Shown in pieces: positions 27,621 to 32,000 of a stretch of DNA of 32,000 nucleotides. The stretch's first letter is position 1. Each line of letters starts with the position of its first letter. The notes under the pieces are model-generated. The model ran no database searches and was not told the origin of the DNA. It saw only the letters and a program-made list of their open reading frames with translations. The stretch is from NCBI RefSeq assembly GCF_001465295.1, contig NZ_CP011034.1:2190001-2222000 (forward strand), written 5' to 3'. The translations under genes were made by a program, and so were the position numbers. This DNA is from Pseudoalteromonas translucida KMM 520. Lineage in GTDB: Bacteria > Pseudomonadota > Gammaproteobacteria > Enterobacterales > Alteromonadaceae.

Positions 27621-28217
27621 CTAATCCACCAGCTCCACATCTAACCCACTGAGTAAATTCAACGCTTCAAAACGCTCAAATTTAGCCTTAGTTATTTGGT
27701 TGCTATTTAAATCGATATTAAATTGCGTGGCACCAACAAAGTCGCACTGGCTTAAATTAGTTTGAAAAAACTCGCTATCACGAAAATCAGTACCGCTAAA
27801 CTTACTCTTAGCTAAATTTGCGTGCCTAAAGTCTACATTTTTTGCAAAGCAATCTGTTAGTTTAAGTGCTTTTAGAGTTAATTCAAAAAAGGAACTGTTG
27901 CTAAGCTCACAGTGACTAAAACTCACAGCAGCATTAACACTAAGCAGCGGCCAATTTATATCACTCCACTGTATGCTGTTTAATTTACAATGACTAAAGT
28001 CAACATTTTCGAGTGAGCTATAACCCCATTTTAGTGATGCTAAATTGCATTTTTTAAAGCTGCATTCTATAAAACGGCAGTGTTTAAATTGGCCATTTGA
28101 AAAGTCGCAATCTGTAAAAGTACAGTCTTCAAACTCTATATTCTCAAAAACCTGCTCTGCCAGTGCTAAAGCTGTAAATTGTTGATCAAAATAGTGATTA
28201 TTATTTTCTATAGACAC
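27621..28217 (-). CDS. Pentapeptide-repeat protein (Qnr/McbG/MfpA-like)
   Basis: 198 aa, almost entirely A(D/N)LXX-type pentapeptides (CTFTDCDFSNGQFKHCRFIECSFKKCNLAS...; NVDFRHANLAKSKFSGTDFRDSEFFQTNLSQCDF). Confidence 0.85.
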   Translation of the reverse strand: MSIENNNHYFDQQFTALALAEQVFENIEFEDCTFTDCDFSNGQFKHCRFIECSFKKCNLASLKWGYSSLENVDFSHCKLNSIQWSDINWPLLSVNAAVSFSHCELSNSSFFELTLKALKLTDCFAKNVDFRHANLAKSKFSGTDFRDSEFFQTNLSQCDFVGATQFNIDLNSNQITKAKFERFEALNLLSGLDVELVD

Positions 28218-28232
28218 GGTTTAAATATTACC

Positions 28233-28463
28233 TTATCGCGCAAATTGAACTTTTTTAGGGAGATCTTTTTTCAGCGCGAGTATCGCTATAAATATTAAAC
28301 CCAGAGGTAAAATTAGCGATAAACAGCCACCAACAAAAGCAATGACACCTGGATTAGTACTTTTTCGTTTACCTAATTTATAACTAATAAAAGCAAAAAT
28401 AGGCACTAATAATAGTATAAAAAAAGCGATAAACTCGCCAAAAAGAGTGATGTTAACTGACAT
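28233..28463 (-). CDS. Small membrane protein (76 aa, two hydrophobic spans)
   Basis: Two clear hydrophobic helices separated by KLGKRKSTN. Lies 15 nt upstream of the pentapeptide-repeat gene on the same strand. Confidence 0.55.
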   Translation of the reverse strand: MSVNITLFGEFIAFFILLLVPIFAFISYKLGKRKSTNPGVIAFVGGCLSLILPLGLIFIAILALKKDLPKKVQFAR

Positions 28464-28512
28464 AAGAATTCCTTTTCATCTGTATGATTATTGCAGTACT
28501 AAATTTAACCAT

Positions 28513-28544
28513 AAAAAAACCCTTAAGCCTACACTTAAGGGTTT
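28513..28544 (-). terminator. Rho-independent terminator of aspS
   Basis: The minus strand reads aaacccttaag-tgtagg-cttaagggttt (11-bp stem) followed by TTTTTTT. Confidence 0.85.
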
Positions 28545-28590
28545 AATTTTTAATTATCTAACGCATATTTACAAAACACTGTAAAATAAT

Positions 28591-30369
28591 TTACTCTGCG
28601 TTTGGTACTGCTTTTTCTACTACGCTAATTGCAAGTTCAGCTAACGAATCAAGGTTAGGCTTGCTCGGCGCATTGGTTAATAAGCACGACGCCTGCGTAG
28701 TTTTAGGGAACGCAATAACGTCACGAATGTTATCAGTACCACAAAGCAACATAGCTAAACGGTCAAGACCAAAGGCTAAACCAGCATGTGGTGGCGTACC
28801 ATATTTAAGTGCGTCAAGTAAAAAGCCAAACTTGTCTTGTTGCTCTTGCTCATTAATACCTAAAATTCTAAACGCAGCTTCTTGCATATCAGCATTATGA
28901 ATACGTACCGAACCACCACCTACTTCGTAGCCGTTTAATACCATATCGTACGCATCTGAAATAGCAGCCGCAGGGTTTGCTTCAAGCTCACTTGCGCTCA
29001 TGTCTTTTGGCGCCGTGAATGGATGATGTACAGCGTGCAGCGTGCCTTCGTCATCTTCTTCAAACATTGGAAAGTCTACAACCCAAAGTGGTGCCCAGCT
29101 ATCAAGATTAGTGATTTCTAAATCAATACCAATTTTAACGCGCAGTGCGCCCATTGCTTCATTTACTGTGTTGCGCTTATCGGCACCAAATAAAATAATA
29201 TCGCCCGACTGTGCATTAGTACGCTCAAGTAATTGCGTAATTACATCTGCAGTTAAGAATTTAGCCACTGGTGACTGCACGCCTTCTGCGCCTGCAGTGT
29301 GGTCGTTTACTTTCATCCACGCCATACCTTTAGCGCCGTAAATACCAATAAACTTAGTGTAATCGTCAAGTTGTTTACGCGAAAGCTTAGCGCCACCCGG
29401 TACAGTTAATACCGCAACACGGCCTTTTTCGTCGTTTGCAGGGCCAGAGAAAACATTAAACTCTACGTCTTTAACTAAATCGGCAATATCAACAAGCTTC
29501 ATTGGGTTACGTAAATCAGGCTTGTCTGAACCGTATAAGCTCATTGCTTCGCTGTAAGGCATGATTGGGAAATCGCCTAAATCTACGTTTAATAATGTTT
29601 GCCACATTTCACGGATCATTTTTTCAGTCATACCACGTACTTGATCAGAGCTCATGAACGAGGTTTCTATATCTATTTGGGTAAATTCTGGTTGGCGATC
29701 GGCACGTAAATCTTCATCACGGAAACATTTAACAATTTGGTAGTAACGGTCAAAACCCGACATCATCAACAATTGCTTAAACAACTGCGGTGACTGCGGT
29801 AATGCGTAAAAGCTACCTTTGTGAACACGACTCGGCACTAAGTAATCACGCGCGCCTTCTGGCGTTGCTTTAGTAAGTACAGGTGTTTCTATGTCTAAAA
29901 AGCCGTTTTCATCTAAAAAGCGACGAACAAAGCTGCTTGCTTTAGCGCGTAATTTAATGCGGTCGCTCATTTCTAAACGACGTAGGTCTAGGTAGCGGTA
30001 TTTTAAACGACGCTCTTCAGAGTTCACTTGGTTAAAATCAAGTGGTAATGGCTCTGAGCGGTTAATAATATTAAGCTCAGTACCTAAAATTTCGATTTCG
30101 CCTGTGGCCATATCTTTATTTACTTGGCTATCTGGGCGTGCACGTACAATACCTTTTAACTGCACACAAAATTCTTGGCGAAGCGTGTTAGCTGAACTCA
30201 TTAACTCTTCAATGTCAGAATCGAATACAACTTGTACTAAACCTTCTCTATCGCGTAAATCGACAAAGATAAGTCCACCAAGGTCACGTCGTTTGTTGAT
30301 CCAGCCACATAGTTCAACTTCTTGATCTATGTGAGTTTTATTTAGCTGTCCGCAGTATATAGAGCGCAT
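28591..30369 (-). CDS. aspS: Aspartate--tRNA ligase
   Basis: Collinear with E. coli AspS from [10 protein letters not shown] (E. coli MRTEYCGQL). Class II motifs are present ([18 protein letters not shown]; GGGSVRIH; GLAFGLDR). I place the start at ATG 30369 (SD aggaaa 5 nt upstream) rather than the ORF-track TTG at 30405. Confidence 0.95.
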   Translation of the reverse strand: MRSIYCGQLNKTHIDQEVELCGWINKRRDLGGLIFVDLRDREGLVQVVFDSDIEELMSSANTLRQEFCVQLKGIVRARPDSQVNKDMATGEIEILGTELNIINRSEPLPLDFNQVNSEERRLKYRYLDLRRLEMSDRIKLRAKASSFVRRFLDENGFLDIETPVLTKATPEGARDYLVPSRVHKGSFYALPQSPQLFKQLLMMSGFDRYYQIVKCFRDEDLRADRQPEFTQIDIETSFMSSDQVRGMTEKMIREMWQTLLNVDLGDFPIMPYSEAMSLYGSDKPDLRNPMKLVDIADLVKDVEFNVFSGPANDEKGRVAVLTVPGGAKLSRKQLDDYTKFIGIYGAKGMAWMKVNDHTAGAEGVQSPVAKFLTADVITQLLERTNAQSGDIILFGADKRNTVNEAMGALRVKIGIDLEITNLDSWAPLWVVDFPMFEEDDEGTLHAVHHPFTAPKDMSASELEANPAAAISDAYDMVLNGYEVGGGSVRIHNADMQEAAFRILGINEQEQQDKFGFLLDALKYGTPPHAGLAFGLDRLAMLLCGTDNIRDVIAFPKTTQASCLLTNAPSKPNLDSLAELAISVVEKAVPNAE

Positions 30370-30617
30370 AGTTTTCCTGTCAGATAAAAGGGGTGCAACG
30401 GTCAAAAAACATTCGTTTTAAGTAGGGTAAATCTTTTTTATAAATACGAATATAAAAATAACACCGCTAGCAATTCAAAATAATCAAATTAAGCCCTGTA
30501 TTATACGCAAGTGATATGAAGATACTAGGGCGGGTGTCGTTTTTTGCATCGGATTTAAAGCAGCATATTTTATTATTTGATACACTAGAGCCACTTTAGA
30601 ATTAGGCGTTAGTTTGT

Positions 30618-31466
30618 ATGCTATATATTGGGTGCCCACAGTGGTCAAGCAATGCGTGGAAAGGCAATTTATTTTCGAGCCAATGTAAAAATGCCGATAT
30701 GCTAAGCCAATACGCGCAACATTTTAACTCTGTAGAGGGAAATACCAGCTTTTACGCCGACCCGTCCCCAAGTACTCTTTTACGCTGGGCAAACAGTGTA
30801 CCCGACGATTTTAAATTTACCTTTAAGTTTCATCGGCGCTTTAGCCATGAGCTAAAGCTGACTAATGTACACAACGAGCTAACCGCTTGGCTTAACTTAT
30901 TTGCACCAATTTTAGAAAAAACCGGGCAAATTATGCTGCAGCTGCCAAGTGCCTTTGGCCCTAATGATTTACCCAAGCTGGCGCAATTTATTAGCCTATT
31001 ACCTAAAGAGCTAAACTTCGGGGTAGAAGTTCGCCATCCGGCATTTTTTCAAAAGGGTGAAGCCGAAATAGCGCTTAATCAGTTATTAATGGCAAGCAAA
31101 ATAAACCGTATAGCCATGGATACCCGCGCCCTATTTGCAGTTAAAGCCAATACAGAAGCGCTGATTGATGCACAACAAAAAAAGCCGCATCTGCCCGTGC
31201 ATGCTATTGCTACAAGTGAGCAACCCATGGCACGTTTTGTTATTGCTAATTTACAAAGTGAATATAAAACCTTTTATAAGCCTTGGCTTAGTAAAGTAAA
31301 GCAGTGGCTTGATGAAGGAAAAACGCCTTATGTATTTTTTCATACCGCAGACAACCGAGAGGCACCGCTATTAGCAAGGCAGTTTTGCCAAGATCTAGGT
31401 TATAACCACAAGGTATTAAATCCATTTAGCGGCGAGGCAGAAACCCACCAGCAAGCGCTTTTTTAA
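30618..31466 (+). CDS. yecE: DUF72 family protein (YecE-like)
   Basis: 282 aa. N-terminal YIGCPQWS...W.G..F and F..VE.N.SFY motifs are typical of DUF72/UPF0759. Neighbours aspS, as yecE does in E. coli. Confidence 0.8.
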   Translation: MLYIGCPQWSSNAWKGNLFSSQCKNADMLSQYAQHFNSVEGNTSFYADPSPSTLLRWANSVPDDFKFTFKFHRRFSHELKLTNVHNELTAWLNLFAPILEKTGQIMLQLPSAFGPNDLPKLAQFISLLPKELNFGVEVRHPAFFQKGEAEIALNQLLMASKINRIAMDTRALFAVKANTEALIDAQQKKPHLPVHAIATSEQPMARFVIANLQSEYKTFYKPWLSKVKQWLDEGKTPYVFFHTADNREAPLLARQFCQDLGYNHKVLNPFSGEAETHQQALF

Positions 31467-31511
31467 ATAGCCACTTACAACAAATAAAATGATAAGAACT
31501 TAGAGAGCAAC

Positions 31512-32000
31512 ATGAGTGAATACGCACGTTATTTTACCGGCTACCCTGCAAACATTGTTGAGCAAGTATTAAACCTAATCAGCAATGATAAAGTAAGTAA
31601 CTACTTACTTAAAAAGTATCCGCAGGCACATAATATTACCAGCGACAAAGCACTTTTTAGCTACGCCACAGAGCTTAAAAAACAGTATTTAAAAAATGCC
31701 CCGCCGTTTGGTCGCGCCGCATTTAAAAAGCAAGGCGACATGGTCACTAATGCACTTGGCACGCACACCTATCGTATGCAAGGTAAAACTCGCAAGCACG
31801 ACTTGGCCATCAACAGCGATTTACTGCGCGCTCCCGAGCCATTACTAAAAGCCTTAGTGGTACACGAGCTCGCTCATTTTAAAGAAAAAGACCATAACAA
31901 AAGCTTTTATAAACTTTGTTGCCACATGGAGCCAAGTTACCACCAGCTAGAACTCGATTTACGCATTTTTTGCGTGGCTGTAGAGCAAGGCAACAATCCT
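31512..32000 (+). CDS. YgjP-like metal-dependent hydrolase (DUF45 / M48-like), 3'-truncated by the window end
   Basis: The open frame from ATG 31512 runs in frame to the last base (163 codons). It contains the HExxH-type motif ALVVHELAHFKEKDH typical of DUF45. It is absent from the ORF track because there is no stop in the window. Confidence 0.7.
   Translation, partial: MSEYARYFTGYPANIVEQVLNLISNDKVSNYLLKKYPQAHNITSDKALFSYATELKKQYLKNAPPFGRAAFKKQGDMVTNALGTHTYRMQGKTRKHDLAINSDLLRAPEPLLKALVVHELAHFKEKDHNKSFYKLCCHMEPSYHQLELDLRIFCVAVEQGNNP

Noticed and set aside
30370-30405. TTG-initiated N-terminal extension of aspS ([12 protein letters not shown]) given by the ORF track
   Set aside because: ATG at 30369 is preceded by a good SD (aggaaa) and aligns with the E. 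coli AspS N-terminus (MR.EYCGQL). The extension has no counterpart.

Overview
AT-rich gammaproteobacterial chromosome. The gene content and the uvrY-uvrC-pgsA-tRNA(Gly-Cys-Leu) and aspS-yecE synteny look like a marine Alteromonadales or Pseudoalteromonas-type genome; this is an inference and needs a 16S BLAST. Most of the window is core housekeeping DNA. It holds the promoter-proximal end of an rrn operon on the minus strand, a 10-gene tRNA array (Gly-Cys-Leu, partly tandemly duplicated), and uvrY-uvrC-pgsA. It also holds cysK, fadE, metC-nudC, rhlE, aspS, two amino-acid:cation symporters and an ABC-2 exporter operon. I found no integrase, transposase, CRISPR array, toxin-antitoxin pair or classical defence gene. 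The best candidate for an undescribed system is the divergent locus at 21.1-23.1 kb. It has a NYN/LabA-like predicted RNase facing a translationally coupled pair: a SatD-like protein (cyclase-like N-terminal motifs plus a C-terminal HTH) and a DUF3307 His-rich membrane protein. The two sides are separated by an intergenic region carrying an 18-mer and its exact reverse complement. The function is unknown and the evidence is motif-level only. Other points worth a second look: (1) an abrupt 16S-fragment/23S-5'-end junction at 168/169, which is either a 911-bp head-to-tail duplication inside the rrn operon or an assembly chimera; (2) a perfect 277-bp tandem duplication in the tRNA array; (3) inverted DnaA-box-like 9-mers between the rrn promoters and the alanine symporter gene; (4) a bacterial PH-domain gene translationally coupled to the ABC-2 exporter; (5) a Qnr/McbG-like pentapeptide-repeat gene.
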